Shown here: one piece after another, positions 51,429 through 62,934 of the stretch
How positions within the stretch are numbered: position 1 is the stretch's first letter
Layout of the letters: each line of letters begins with the position of its first letter
Assembly (NCBI RefSeq): GCF_018350175.1
Contig: NC_058373.1
Coordinates: 106,456,001-106,520,000 of the forward strand
Source of the DNA: Felis catus
Lineage: Eukaryota
Direction of reading: 5' to 3'
DNA length: 64,000 nucleotides
Notes under the pieces: generated by a model
Seen by the model: only the letters and a program-made list of their open reading frames with translations
Database searches by the model: none
What the model was told of the DNA's origin: nothing
Made by a program: the position numbers and the translations under genes

Positions 51429-53002
51429 TGGACAACTTGTTTTCAAAAAAGGCAATTCAGGAGAGAAGGGAGAGTCTTTCCACAAATAATGCCAGAAAAA
51501 ACAGATATCCACTTAAGGAAGGGAGGATGGAAGGAAGGAGGGAAGGAAAGCAAGGAGGGAGGGAAGGAGGAAAGGGGGAAGGAAGTTAGTTCTTGCCGTA
51601 TTTCACACCATATACAAATCTAACTCAAAATGGATCTTAGACTTATTTGCAAAACTTGAAATTATAAAAGTTCCAGAAAAAAAAAATAGGAGAAAACCTT
51701 TGTCAGCCTTGTGTTAGGCAAAGATTTCTTAGATACAAGAGTAAAATCCATAAAAGACAGCAATCCATAACAGAGCAAATCGATTAATTGGACTTAATAA
51801 AAAATAAGTCTTCTGCTCTTCCAAGAGACTGTTAAGAGAATGAAAAGACAAGCCACAGAATGAGAGAAAACATCTGTAAATCATATCTGAGAAAGGATCT
51901 GTGTGCAGAATATATAAAGTACACTCAAAACTCAGTAAGAAAAAAATGTAATAATAACATGGGCAAAAGATTCGAACAGATACTTCATCAAAGAAGATAT
52001 GTGGATGGCAAATATGAACAGAAAAGATGTTCAACATTATGAGTCATCAGGGAAGTTCAAGTTAACAGTGCAATGAAAAATCACTACACACTATTAGAAT
52101 GGCCACAATTAAAAAGACTGACAATACGACATGTCAGTGAGGATACAAAGGAACTGGAACTCTCACAAGGTGGTGGGAATATAAAATGGTACAAGCACTT
52201 TGAAAAAAAGTTTGGTGGTTTCTTACAAACTTAAAACTATACCTACCTTATGATCCAGCCATTCTCTCCCAGGTATTTACCCAAGAGAAATGAAAGCATA
52301 TGTCCATATGAAGACTTGTACATAGTGTTCAAGGCAGCTTCATTTGTAGCAGCCCCAAATCAGAAACAATTCAAGTGGTTCTCAATAGATAAAATTGATA
52401 AACAAATTATGGTGTTTCCATGCAATGGACTTAGCAATAAAAAAGGAGTGAAATATTGACACACCCAACAATATGGATGAATTTTATAATAATGATACTG
52501 AATAAAAGAAGCTAAACCAAAAAGGAGTACATATTATATAATTACATTTATATAAAATCTGAAAAAATGAAAACTAGTATAGTAACAGAAGTCAGACTGG
52601 GAGCTAGGGGTGGAAGGGATGGAATATACAGGGGCACCAAAAAACTTTTTCGGGTGTGGGAATGTTCATTATTTTGATTGTCACGATGGTTACGCAGATT
52701 TATACATGTCAAACTCAATACACCCTTTAAATACGTGCAGTTTGTTGTATGTCAATTATACCTCAATAAAATTGTTTTTTGAAAAAGAAAATAGTAATTT
52801 TATGCATTTACTCACCAAAATGTGTTGAGCACCCATTCTGTACCAGGCACCCCTACAGGTATAGGATATAACAGTGAACAAATTAGACAAAAAGCCATTC
52901 TGTGGTCACCTCTAAACAAAAATATTATCTTCTTTTTTTATTTTAAAAAATTATTTGTTTAAGTCCAAGATAAAAGTTAAAAGCTGGCAGAGTCAGAAGA
53001 AG

Positions 53003-53390
53003 GTCCTCCCCTAACATTTGCTGGGCCTGAGGCAAGAGTGCAAATAGAGGCTTACAGCACAAATTTCATATATAAAAGCAATAAATCACACTGTGCCTCT
53101 TCCCAGCCCACATTCTCTCCTGGGCCCCAAGAGCTAGAGGCTAAGGAGCTGCTCTTACAGGGCCCTCCCTACTCCTGGCAAGCCTGAACGAGGGCATGAA
53201 AATGCGGGGGCAGGACAGAAGCTGGGCCTCCGGGAACCCTGAGAGGACTCACAGAACCAAGCTTCTCCTGCAACTCCCAATTCCCAGACTTGGGATTTCC
53301 AGAGGCCTCCCAAAACAAGCCTGCCTGAGCAGAGCAGAGAGCAGGAGTGCAGTTACCTGGGGAGCCCGGGCAGCCTCAGCACCCTTTAGA
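53003..53390. mobile_element. hAT-Tip100 (MER115/Zaphod-like) fragment
   Basis: ccctaacatttgctgggcctgaggcaagagtgcaaatagaggc. Confidence 0.5.
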
Positions 53391-53823
53391 GTCCAGGACA
53401 GAAGCTGTAATATTCTCCTTCTTCCTTGTGGACTCCCACAATCTCACCTCTGAGTCCCTGCCTGGTCTCATTTGCTCAATTGGTTTCTGAACTTGGAAAA
53501 AAATAAGTTCTACAAGATGGGAGAGTTTTTAAGTCTTTAAATCTTTGGGTCTCAGTGTTCGTGATACACAGAGCCCTCTTAAGAACAAGATCCAGGTCAC
53601 AGAGTTCCCTCTGGCCTGGGTTTAAGGTTGGTACAGATCAGGAATAGAATTCAAGTTTCCAAGAGACTGCATGGATTTCAAAAATCCTGCAGGCAAATCG
53701 TATAAAAGACAAATGGAAAGCATTTAGTAATAGGAAGCCTACAAACTTAGGGTCTTAAAACGACACTAATTATCTCAGAGATTTTAAGGCGGAGAAGTAG
53801 ACATTCCTTTCAACAGGTATTAC

Positions 53824-54002
53824 CCACATGTCCTGGGTTTCATAACTTCATGAAAATAAAAATCCGAATCAACATTAAAATAACTGCAGAAATAGTCTCT
53901 CATGCCATGAACCAACCCAAAGGAAGATGGATGAAAATATGAATATTTTATACACTTGAACTGTGATGAATTTAATCTTTCCTTCAACATATTTTTGGTG
54001 AG
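53824..54002 (-). pseudogene. Dynein-like exon remnant, microtubule-binding domain end and start of stalk CC2
   Basis: Open frame NMLKERLNSSQFKCIKYSYFHPSSFGLVHGMRDYFCSYFNVDSDFYFHEVMKPR; compare recalled NFDKENIHENCLKAIRPY...FNPEFVATKSYAAAGLCSWVINIVRFYEVFCDVEPK (FxP, CS, FY in register); donor GG/GTAATA. Confidence 0.6.
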
Positions 54003-54561
54003 CTCGAGAAACCATGCCAAGCCATGTGAAAGTTACTAAGTTGTGCAAGACACTGACCAGGTTCTCAAGAGTCCTGGAATCTAAATATTTAACATAAGGT
54101 CATATGTGATAAATACCATGGAGGTGGGACATCCAAGAGTAATGGGAACAAAACACAGAGAGAATGTGCATAAGCAATCACTTTTGCTGGCGTGACAATG
54201 AAAACACACCAAAAGGAAAGGCATGCAAGCTAGGTTCAAAGACTGAAATTTTGTCCCAATCTCTACAGGGTGCATGAACAACTTATTCAATAAGAGGTCA
54301 TCCAGTGGCTGCTTCAACTACTCCAATATAGCAGTAATTTACTTTTATTGTACTTTTGGGAAGTGATTTTTTTAATTACTCAAAATGTCTTTCCTTATAA
54401 CTTCCAACCATTGACCTTGGTTCTGCCACCTGGACCACCTAGAATCACTCTTCCATATGAAAATTCCTTAATTGTATGAATACTGTGATCATATCCTAAG
54501 GCTTCTTTTTTCCAGGTTTAATAATTACTCTAATGATGATGGTTAAATTAATTATAACATT

Positions 54562-54988
54562 GTATTCATTTCCTATTAGTGCAATAACAAATTACCACAT
54601 GCTTAAGGGCTTCAAACAACATATATTTATCAGCCTACATTTATGCAGCTGAGAAGTCTGGGCTAAAATCAAGTTGTGGTCAGGGTTGCATTCCTTCTGG
54701 AGGTTCTGAGGGGAGAATCATTTCCTCGCCTCGACTCCTTCCTCCCATCGCTCTGACCTCTGCTTCTGTAATCACATCTCCTTCTCTGACTTTGACCCTC
54801 CAGTCCCTCTCTTATGAGGCCCATTGTGATTACACTGGGCCCACCTGGATAATCCAGGATAATCTCCCCATCTCAAGGTCCTTATTAATCTCATCTGCAA
54901 AGTCCTTTTTGCCCTGTAACGTTCACAGGTTGCTGGGATTGGTACATGGACATCTTTGGATGGAGAACACTTTATTTCGCCTCCCACG
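54562..54988 (-). mobile_element. MLT1C-like (MaLR) solo LTR
   Basis: gggcccacctggataatccaggataatctccccatctcaagg; catggacatctttgga. Confidence 0.88.
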
Positions 54989-55549
54989 TCAGTTAAATTT
55001 TTTTAGCATTCACTGCATTCACTATGCTCTCAAGCATGCTGCCGAGTGCTTTACCTGCATCACCCCATGTTATCGCTCCAACAATCCTATGAGGTGGGTC
55101 CTATTCTTGTCCTCATTCTACAGAGAGATTAATTAAGGCTCAGAGGCATTAAGGGCCTTCTCAGGCCATATGCCTAATTTTGTCAGTTCTCACAACTCCT
55201 CTTCATAACACATGGTTTCCAGAGGTTTTAGTCTCTTGTTCTCATCAGTAGACATGCTGCTATAACTTGTTACCATTAGGAAAAACAGAAGGGATGACAA
55301 GCCAGACAGAGAAAATTATGTGAACAAAGGAGCAGAGGCAAGAAAACTAAAATTCTTCATTGAGGGAAGGCAAAAAAGCCAAATTGTTCTGGGCAAAAGG
55401 CATGTGTTGGGGAGTAACAGGAGATAAAATTGGAAAGGGGAGGGGGTGGGAGCTGGATTTTAAAGGGAACGGGATTTGGACTTAGGTAAAGGTGGACTTA
55501 GATAGGTAAACACTTCTATATGTCGAGGAGGAAGGTCGCCATTACAGAG

Positions 55550-57080
55550 GCAGAGATGACAACAACCTTAGGAATGCTTCAGGCAAATTAGTCCAGAAGA
55601 CTACCTGGGGAAAAAAAGGAGCAAAGAAGAAGGAAAAGTGTACAGAAAGTACATGAGAAAAACTGTCAAACACCTCTGAAAAAACATAAAAGAATACCTG
55701 AATAAATGGAGAGCATATCCATCTCAACCAAATATTTACTGTCTTTTATTTTATTTTTGTAGTCTAAGAAAAAAATGCTAAGGTTCATGAATAAGGACAA
55801 AAGAACGGCCAAGTGCATGTTTTGTTTTTTTAATGCTACTTTTTTTTTTTTTTTTAAGTAGGCGCTACACCCAACGTGGGACTTGAACTCATGACCCTGA
55901 GATCAAGCATCACATGTTCTACCAACTGAGCCAGCCAGATGCCCCTGGCCAAGTACATGTTTAAAAAAAACACAAAAATAAAGGGGAAACCATACTACCT
56001 GACAATAAAATATATTACTAAGATACAATAATTAAAATAGAGAACTAGTATGCTAATAAGCAGATCAGTGTAACAGAACAGAAAGTTCAGAAGCAATAGA
56101 AGTAAAAATACATATTTAGTAGATTGTAAAGGTAGTAATTCAAATCAGAGGATGATAATAAATAATCATTAAATGATGCTAAAGTGATTGGTTAAGTTGG
56201 AAATAAAGATGGGTTTCCATATCCAATTCAAAACTGATTAAATGTTGAAATATAAAAAAATATGACATTCAACGAATGGAAAAAAAATGAGTATTTTTTA
56301 ATCTCAAGGTGAAGGAATCTTTTTTATGCATAAAAGTAAAGAAAGGAAATTAGTAATAGATTTGATCACACACATAGAATAACACTTCTATATGTCAAAA
56401 ACACCAGTAAACACATCAAATAAAAAGCTGAAAAATATTAATAAAATATATGTAACAGAAAAAGTTACCATCTTTATTGCATAAAGATTTTTTACCAAGA
56501 GAAATACTACAGTAGAAAACCAAGTAAAATATCTGAACTAAGAATTCATAAGTAAATGCAAATGGCAACAAATATAACAACAACAACAAAAAACACTGGC
56601 TTCATTAGTATTCAGAAAATTAAATAAGTATGTCTTTGCTTCTAAAATTGATAACAATTATTTTAGGGATAATACCTACTTTTTTTGGATAAACAGGCAA
56701 TCTCACACAGTGGAAATACATATTAGTCAATCCTTCTGAAAGGAAATTTCCTTTCTGAAAGGAATTTGTATCAAAAGTCTTAAGAACATTCATATCTTTT
56801 GACCCAGAACTTCACTTCAAAGAATTCATCCAAAGGAAATAACAAAAAAAAGTGACCAAAGACTCAAATACAAAGATGTTCAAAATCAAGGAGTATTTCA
56901 GTAGTGAAAAAATGGAAAAAAAAAACCCCACAAAGTTTCAGTGCTGGAAAACTTGATGCTTATCTACAAAATGGTATACTAGACAGACTTCATGTTAATA
57001 AAAAACGGTGATATTAGAAGATGTCGAAAATATCCAGTAAAGTGAAAAAAAAACAAACAAACAAGTCAGTATACAGTATG
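55550..57080 (+). mobile_element. Degraded L1ME-like ORF2 fragment
   Basis: A-rich text with L1 ORF2 landmarks (aaagaatacctgaataaatggagagcatatcc, tttgacccagaacttcacttc). Confidence 0.6.
55841..55945 (-). mobile_element. Short old CanSINE
   Basis: TSD ggccaagtgcatgttt/ggccaagtacatgttt. Confidence 0.85.
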
Positions 57081-57308
57081 GAGAAGACGAGCCCAAATGT
57101 TTTTGGCATATATGTACATTTGTGTGTATATAACAAAATACTAATTTATTTCATCTACTAAAGTTCTCCAGGTGGGCGCTGCAACCATAAGATTTAATTC
57201 CATGTGAAACTTGAGTGGGCTCAAAAAAACCTGATGTTATATTTTGGCCGTTACAGACATATGTGATTCAGGATATTAAGATCGTTGATATATAGCTGTG
57301 CTTCTCAC

Positions 57309-57430
57309 CTATAAAATCTCCTCTAAATCTGTCTCTGCTTATCTCAAATATTGCCATTTTTCTCTAGAATGGTCCAGTCTTGTTTACTTAGCCCTTTTCA
57401 TGGACCCTAGTGAAATATCTATCATTAAAG
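57309..57430 (-). pseudogene. Dynein-like exon remnant, microtubule-binding domain (middle)
   Basis: Acceptor tttcctttttaAG, donor AG/GTGAGA; SKQDWTILEK/MAIFEISRDRFRGDFI with a frameshift, compare xxDWxxxKxxMxxxDxFLxxLI. Confidence 0.4.
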
Positions 57431-57855
57431 CTTAAAAAGGAAACAGCATCAGGCAAAAATAAAGAGAAGCTTTCTCCAGACTACTTTACTAACAAAATCC
57501 TTCAGATTTCTCACTGATTCCTCATTATGAATCAAAGAGAAAGACTGAAAATGATCAATACAATTGGATTATCAAGTAAATTCATTTGAATGGATAATAG
57601 ATTTTTTTTTTTGCTTTCTACTATTTTGTTCAAGTCCCTAACAAACACACGTAGATGTAACTCAGTTTATACTAGAAATCAAAGTTCAATATATCTATTA
57701 CTACAAAAATACTTTCTGATTACAGGAAGGAACCCTGTTCTTCCTCTCAGAAGCTCAAAACACACATTAGCTTGTCTTTAGTATTAGCTCATAAAATATA
57801 CTATGATTTCCTTTCATTATTACTATAATTATTGCTATTTCAAAGTGATGCCTAC

Positions 57856-57927
57856 TTATTGTAACCTGTCAAACAAATTGGAGCAATCGAAAGAAAGAGC
57901 TGGTAATCTTCTTTCAATAAATCCATT
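57856..57927 (-). pseudogene. Dynein-like exon remnant, end of stalk CC1
   Basis: 72-nt open exon with acceptor ttcctcactAG and donor GTAGGC; MDLLKEDYQLFLSIAPICLTGYNK. LSIAPICLTGYNK is in register with recalled DNAH9-type LTAAQAALNTLNK. Confidence 0.5.
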
Positions 57928-58469
57928 CTAGTGAGGAACCAAGGTTAACTGTTTGGCTGTTGTCCTTTGGCACTCTCTAAAGCACTTACTTTACTTCAGT
58001 TTTATAGGCTTAAAAAGAAAAAGTTCAGGCCATTAGCAAAATGTGCTGTGGTATTGCAAAGTACGAGTCTATATACTTACAAGAAAACCAATGGAAATAT
58101 ATCAAAAGTGATTCAAAACCTTTACTGAGTCCAATTCTGAAGTAGGAAATTTTTTCCATAAATTAAGGTTAAAAATTCAACAAATTCAGCTTCACCCACA
58201 GGGAAAACTCAGCTTTTTCTCTAATACATATAACTAATTTTAGACAGTGAACTTCCTTTGCAGAATTCTCATTCATGTAGAGAATAAGTGAAAATCTGTT
58301 TTTGGTGTGAAACTTGCAGGAGAAAAAAAATTTTAATTGGATCTTTTCTGCATTGTAAACTTAGCCTTTCCTAGACTCTAAGATTACCTGATTTCTCGGT
58401 ATTCTAGAATGGAACTTTCTTGCCATGTTTTGCTTTTGTTGTTGTTGTTCTCTCAAACTTTTCAAAATA

Positions 58470-58737
58470 GGTATCCAGAATCATTTTCAAACTCTTCCAC
58501 TTTCAGCCTTTGGAACCCACTACATGCTCTGTACTTCATTTGATCTGGTTCTGCCTCTTCGGATTCTATTCCATTCCAGGATAGGTCCATCCTGGTGACT
58601 TGGAGGAGTCTTGGACACAGCAGACCTTTCCTGATGGCAATACTAGATGTATTGCCTAGCCACTGCCTCCATCTTTCCATCATTAAAATCATAACTGCAT
58701 TTATCGACTTCACAAAGTTGTTGTGAGGCTTACACAA
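58470..58737 (-). pseudogene. Dynein-like exon remnant, AAA4/stalk CC1 junction
   Basis: ORF 58462-58737: CKPHNNFVKSINAVMILMMERWRQWLGNTSSIAIRKGLL, compare VTPTSYLELINTFKKLLxEKRxEVxxxxxRLENGLEKL. Borders uncertain. Confidence 0.5.
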
Positions 58738-58970
58738 AATAGAGTCCAGAAGAGCTGTAAACTGAAAACCACCCTCTCCTCTGTACCTTCAGCTTGTATA
58801 GTGGTTAAGAACAAAGACTTTCAAGTTGACCTGACTAGTTCTCTTTTTCCAGGTATGTGATCCTGGGCACATTGCATCCTTTCTGTGCTTTAACTTCCTC
58901 ATCTGCAAATTAGATATGAAAACATATCCACCACATATGATTATTGTAAGAATTACATGTGCTAATATTT

Positions 58971-59343
58971 GGATCCAGCAGTCCCAGTTCTGGGTACATA
59001 TCCAAAGAAAATATCTCAAAGACATATCTGCATTTCCATGCTCATAATATATAATAACATATATATATAATGGAATATACATGTATGTAAAGGACTATTA
59101 CTCAGCCGTTAAAAAAAGGAAGAAAATCCTGCAAATCACGACAATATGAATGAACCTGGAGGACATTATGCTAAGTGAAGCCAGATACAGAAAGATAAAT
59201 ACTTCATGATCTCACTTCAATGTGGAATCTAAAAAAGTTGACCTCATAGAAACAAAGAGTAGAAGAGTGGTTACCAGGGGCTAGGAGGTAGAGGGTTTGG
59301 GAAGAGGTTGGTCAACATATGCCAAGAAATAAAGAGAAAAAAA
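58971..59343 (+). mobile_element. L1MA-like 3' fragment inserted in a MIR
   Basis: gaacctggaggacattatgctaagtgaa; flanked by atgtgctaatattt / atgtgataatattt. Confidence 0.75.
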
Positions 59344-59989
59344 ATGTGATAATATTTGAAAAGCACTTAATACATAGTATATGATCAATAAATGTAGGCT
59401 ACCTTCATTTTATATCACTTCAGCCTTTCATTCTCATAATAAACCCAAAGTTAAAATATTCTTCCACCTCCAAAGTTTAAAACATTCATCATTTTCCCTC
59501 TGTAATTCCTTGACTTGTTCTCCTGGGGAAACTTATCAATAATATTTCCATGTAATTAAAGAATTTTTCAACAAGAAAGCAACCAATCTTATAGTCTCAA
59601 AATGTCAATTTCTTTCATGAGAAGCATTGATGATATTTCACCAAGTCCTTAGTGCAAATATTTTTTGATGCTATTCATAAAGGTCATTTGCATAAGCAAT
59701 GACTATATGGAAAAAAACACTGAACTAAATATCATCAGGGCCATTTGAGTACCTACCATTCTTTAGATGATGTCTTTGTTCCACATATTCCCATATATTA
59801 CTTTAAACAACTTATGTACCCTCTTTGGGCATGTTTATTCATCTGTCTACAAAGTCTGGATAATAATACATACTTCATAGAGCAGATGTAAAGATTAAGT
59901 GGTTAAGGATGCTAAATTTCAATTCCAAGTAAAATTTGATAAATTAAGGATATTAGCTGTATAGCAACTATTAAAAATAACAGACCATA

Positions 59990-60077
59990 TCATGATCTCA
60001 TGGTATTGAGATCAAGCCCCTCATTGGGCTTTGCACTGGGCATAGAGCCTGCACTGGGCACAGAGCCTGCTTAAGAT

Positions 60078-60108
<31 letters not shown>

Positions 60109-60130
60109 GCCCCTCTCCCACTTGCGTGTG

Positions 60131-60164
<34 letters not shown>

Positions 60165-60205
60165 CAACAAAAAATAATAATTAATTTTAAAAATAAAAAT
60201 AAAAT
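59990..60205 (+). mobile_element. 5'-truncated CanSINE
   Basis: Starts at catgatctcatgg; internal duplication of tgcactgggcayagagcctgc. Confidence 0.85.
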
Positions 60206-60559
60206 TGAAGGAAAAAAGAAGAGATTGTTAGACTGAATAAAACAGCAAGACTCAAAGGTATGCAGTCTATATAAGACATGCTTTATAAAGATTTAGATAA
60301 ACTAAAAGCTGGGGAGTAGACAAAGATACATGCAAACAATAAACATAAGAAAGGAACATGAGGTACACTTCAAAATAAGGAGTATTAGCATACTTTTATA
60401 ATTACTTGAGAGACAATTTATCAGAAAGATATAATACTCATAAATGTGTATGCAACAAATAACAGAGCTTCAATTATATCAAGCAAAGCCTGAAAAAACT
60501 AAAGGGATAAATAGAAAAAATCCACTTTCATAATTGGAGACTTAAAAATCCCTCTTTCA

Positions 60560-61020
60560 GGGGCACGTGGGTGGCTCAGCCAGTTGAGCAAGCATCCAAC
60601 TTTGGCTCAGGTCATGAACTCGCGGTTTGTGAGTTTGAGTCCTGCATCAGGCTCTGTGCTAACAGCTCAGAGCCTGAAGCCTGCTTTGAATTCTGTGTCT
60701 CCCTCTCTCTCTGCCCCTCCCCTGCTCATGCTCTGTCTCTCTCTGTCTCTTAAAAATAAATAAATGTTGGGGCGCCTGGGTGGCGCAGTCGGTTAAGCGT
60801 CCGACTTCAGCCAGGTCACGATCTCGCGGTCCGGGAGTTCGAGCCCCGCGTCAGGCTCTGGGCTGATGGCCCAAAGCCTGGAGCCTGTTTCCGATTCTGT
60901 GTCTCCCTCTCTCTCTGCCCCTCCCCCGTTCATGCTCTGTCTCTCTCTGTCCCAAAAATAAATAAATGTTGAAAAATAAAAAAATAAAAAAATAAAAATA
61001 AATAAATGTTAAAAAAAAAA
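60560..61020 (+). mobile_element. SINEC_Fc2-type CanSINE (host of the nested copy)
   Basis: tRNA-like head, CT tract, split A tail. Confidence 0.9.
60769..60992 (+). mobile_element. Young SINEC_Fc nested in the tail of an older SINE
   Basis: TSD taaaaataaataaatgtt (60751-60768, 60993-61010). Confidence 0.95.
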
Positions 61021-61054
61021 GTTTGTTTTTAATCCCTGTTTCAGAAATGGTTAA

Positions 61055-61259
61055 GGAGTGCCTGGGTGGCTCAATCGGTTAAGCGTCTGACTCTTGGTTT
61101 TGGCTCAGGTCGTGATCTCACAGTTTGTGACTTTGAGCCCCACATCTGGCTTTATGCTGGCAGCACAGAACTTGCTTGGGATTCTCTCTCTCTCTGTCCC
61201 TCCCCCATTCATGCTGTCTCTGTCTCTCTCAAATAAATAAATAAACTTAAAAAAAAAAG
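61055..61259 (+). mobile_element. CanSINE
   Basis: TSD agaaatggttaa/agaaatagttaa. Confidence 0.9.
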
Positions 61260-62095
61260 AAATAGTTAAAATAAGTAGACAAAAAACAGAAAAACAGTAA
61301 GGATATAGAACAGCTTTCCTGAACTAGAGTTATAAAAAAAAAATTTAACTTAAAAAATGATTTGAATAACTATTTTTTCCAATTTTTCCAAATATGATAT
61401 ATAACTAGCACCATTCCACATCCATAAAATGCATGCATTAGGCATTATGAGTTATCGCAGAACCCCAGATATAGAAAATATGAAAAAAAGATATTAATGT
61501 GACCTAATTGGCAATTACAGAACATTTATACCTAAAAATGGATTGGGATGGTGGTTACGTGGTTTTATACAATTTTGGAGACTCATCAACTCATACACTT
61601 AAAATGAGCGCATTTTATTATATGTAAATTATATTTTGATACATTTCAGTGGGGGAAAAGCACTAGGAGATTCCATTAGTCCATTAGAATGTCTGAAATT
61701 AAAGAGTCTAACAATAGAAAGTAATGGTGAGGATATGGAAAACTTCAACTTTCATGTGTTGTTGATAGGAGTACAAAATGACAGAACTACATTGGAAAAC
61801 TGTTTAGAATTCTAATAAAACTAAAAGAGGCCTACCCGATGCCTTTCCATTATACTTCTAGGTACATAATTAAGAGAAATGTTTCTACAGGTCCACAGAA
61901 TGGTATGTTCAGCTTTACTGGTCACAGCCAAAAAATAAGGGTAGAACCCAAATGTTTATCAACAAGTAAATGTTAATTGTGGTATGTTCACATTGTAGAA
62001 TATTTCACAATAATACAAAAATAACAAACTCTTAATATATATAATGACATGAATGAATCTCAAAAGCATGTATTAAGAAAAAAAAGCCAGACACA

Positions 62096-62489
62096 TGAAA
62101 AGATGCTGATCATCACCCATCATCGGGGAAATGCAAATCAATACTACAGTGAGATATCATGTCACACCCATCAGAATGGCTAAAATCAAATCACCAAAAA
62201 ATAACAATCTTTGGCCAGGATATGGAGAAAAAGAAACCCTCTCACATTTTTGATGGGAATGCAAACTGGTGCAGCCACTATGGAAAACAGTATGGAGGAT
62301 CCTCAGAAATTTAACCGCACCACTAGGTATTTACCCAAAAAAAATACAGAAATACTCATTCAAAAGGATACATCCACCCCTATGTTTATAGCAACATTAT
62401 TTATGATAGCCAAGATATGGAAGCAGCCCAAGTATCCACTGATTAACAAATGGAAAAAGAGGATGTGGGGTTTGTGTGTTTACACACAG

Positions 62490-62543
<54 letters not shown>

Positions 62544-62934
62544 TATTACTCAGCCATAAAAAAAGAATGAAAGCTGGCCATTTGCTGTAGCATGGCTAGA
62601 GCTAAAGAGTCTAATGCTAAGCAAAATGAGTCGGTCAGAGAAAGACAAATACTGTATGATCTCACTCATATGTGGAATTTAAGAAACAAAACAAATGAGA
62701 AGGAAAAAGAGTGAGAGAGACAAACCAAGAAACAGATTTTGAACTATAGGGAACTGATGGCTACCAGAGGGGAGGTGGATGGGAGGATGGGTGAAATAAG
62801 TGATGGGGATTAAGGAGTGCACTTGTGATGAGCACCAGGTGATGTATAGAAGTGTTGAATCACTATATTTTACACCTGCAACTAATATAACACTGTATGT
62901 TAACTGGAATTAAAATAAAGTAAAATTTAAGAGA
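62096..62934 (+). mobile_element. Carnivore L1 3' fragment
   Basis: Similar to 20020-20850; flanked by aaaaaaagccagacaca / aaaaaaagtcagataca. Confidence 0.88.

Larger units (their letters stand above)
50345..52790 (+). mobile_element. Old L1MB/MC-like ORF2-3' fragment hosting a SINE and a younger L1
   Basis: L1 ORF2/3'UTR text ending tatacctcaataaa. Confidence 0.8.

Noticed and set aside
200..57430. Resemblance of some minus-strand pieces to C1orf141, TTC6-type TPRs or a VWA5 domain
   Set aside because: These were scattered, non-collinear short matches from memory; the same motif matched two places. The dynein reading explains all segments in order.
8834..58050. Plus-strand exon-shaped segments (e.g. 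8834-8922, 9131-9241, 22346-22403, 31882-31960, 34091-34133, 46843-46913) as a second gene
   Set aside because: They have good-looking splice signals but no coherent protein family or order. Pseudo-exons are common in mammalian DNA, and several overlap the minus-strand remnants. A lncRNA cannot be excluded.
6422..60753. Recurrent ORFs such as GHDLAVREFEPRVRLWADGSEPGACF and SAQVMISxFVSLSP as a gene family
   Set aside because: They are translations of CanSINE copies.
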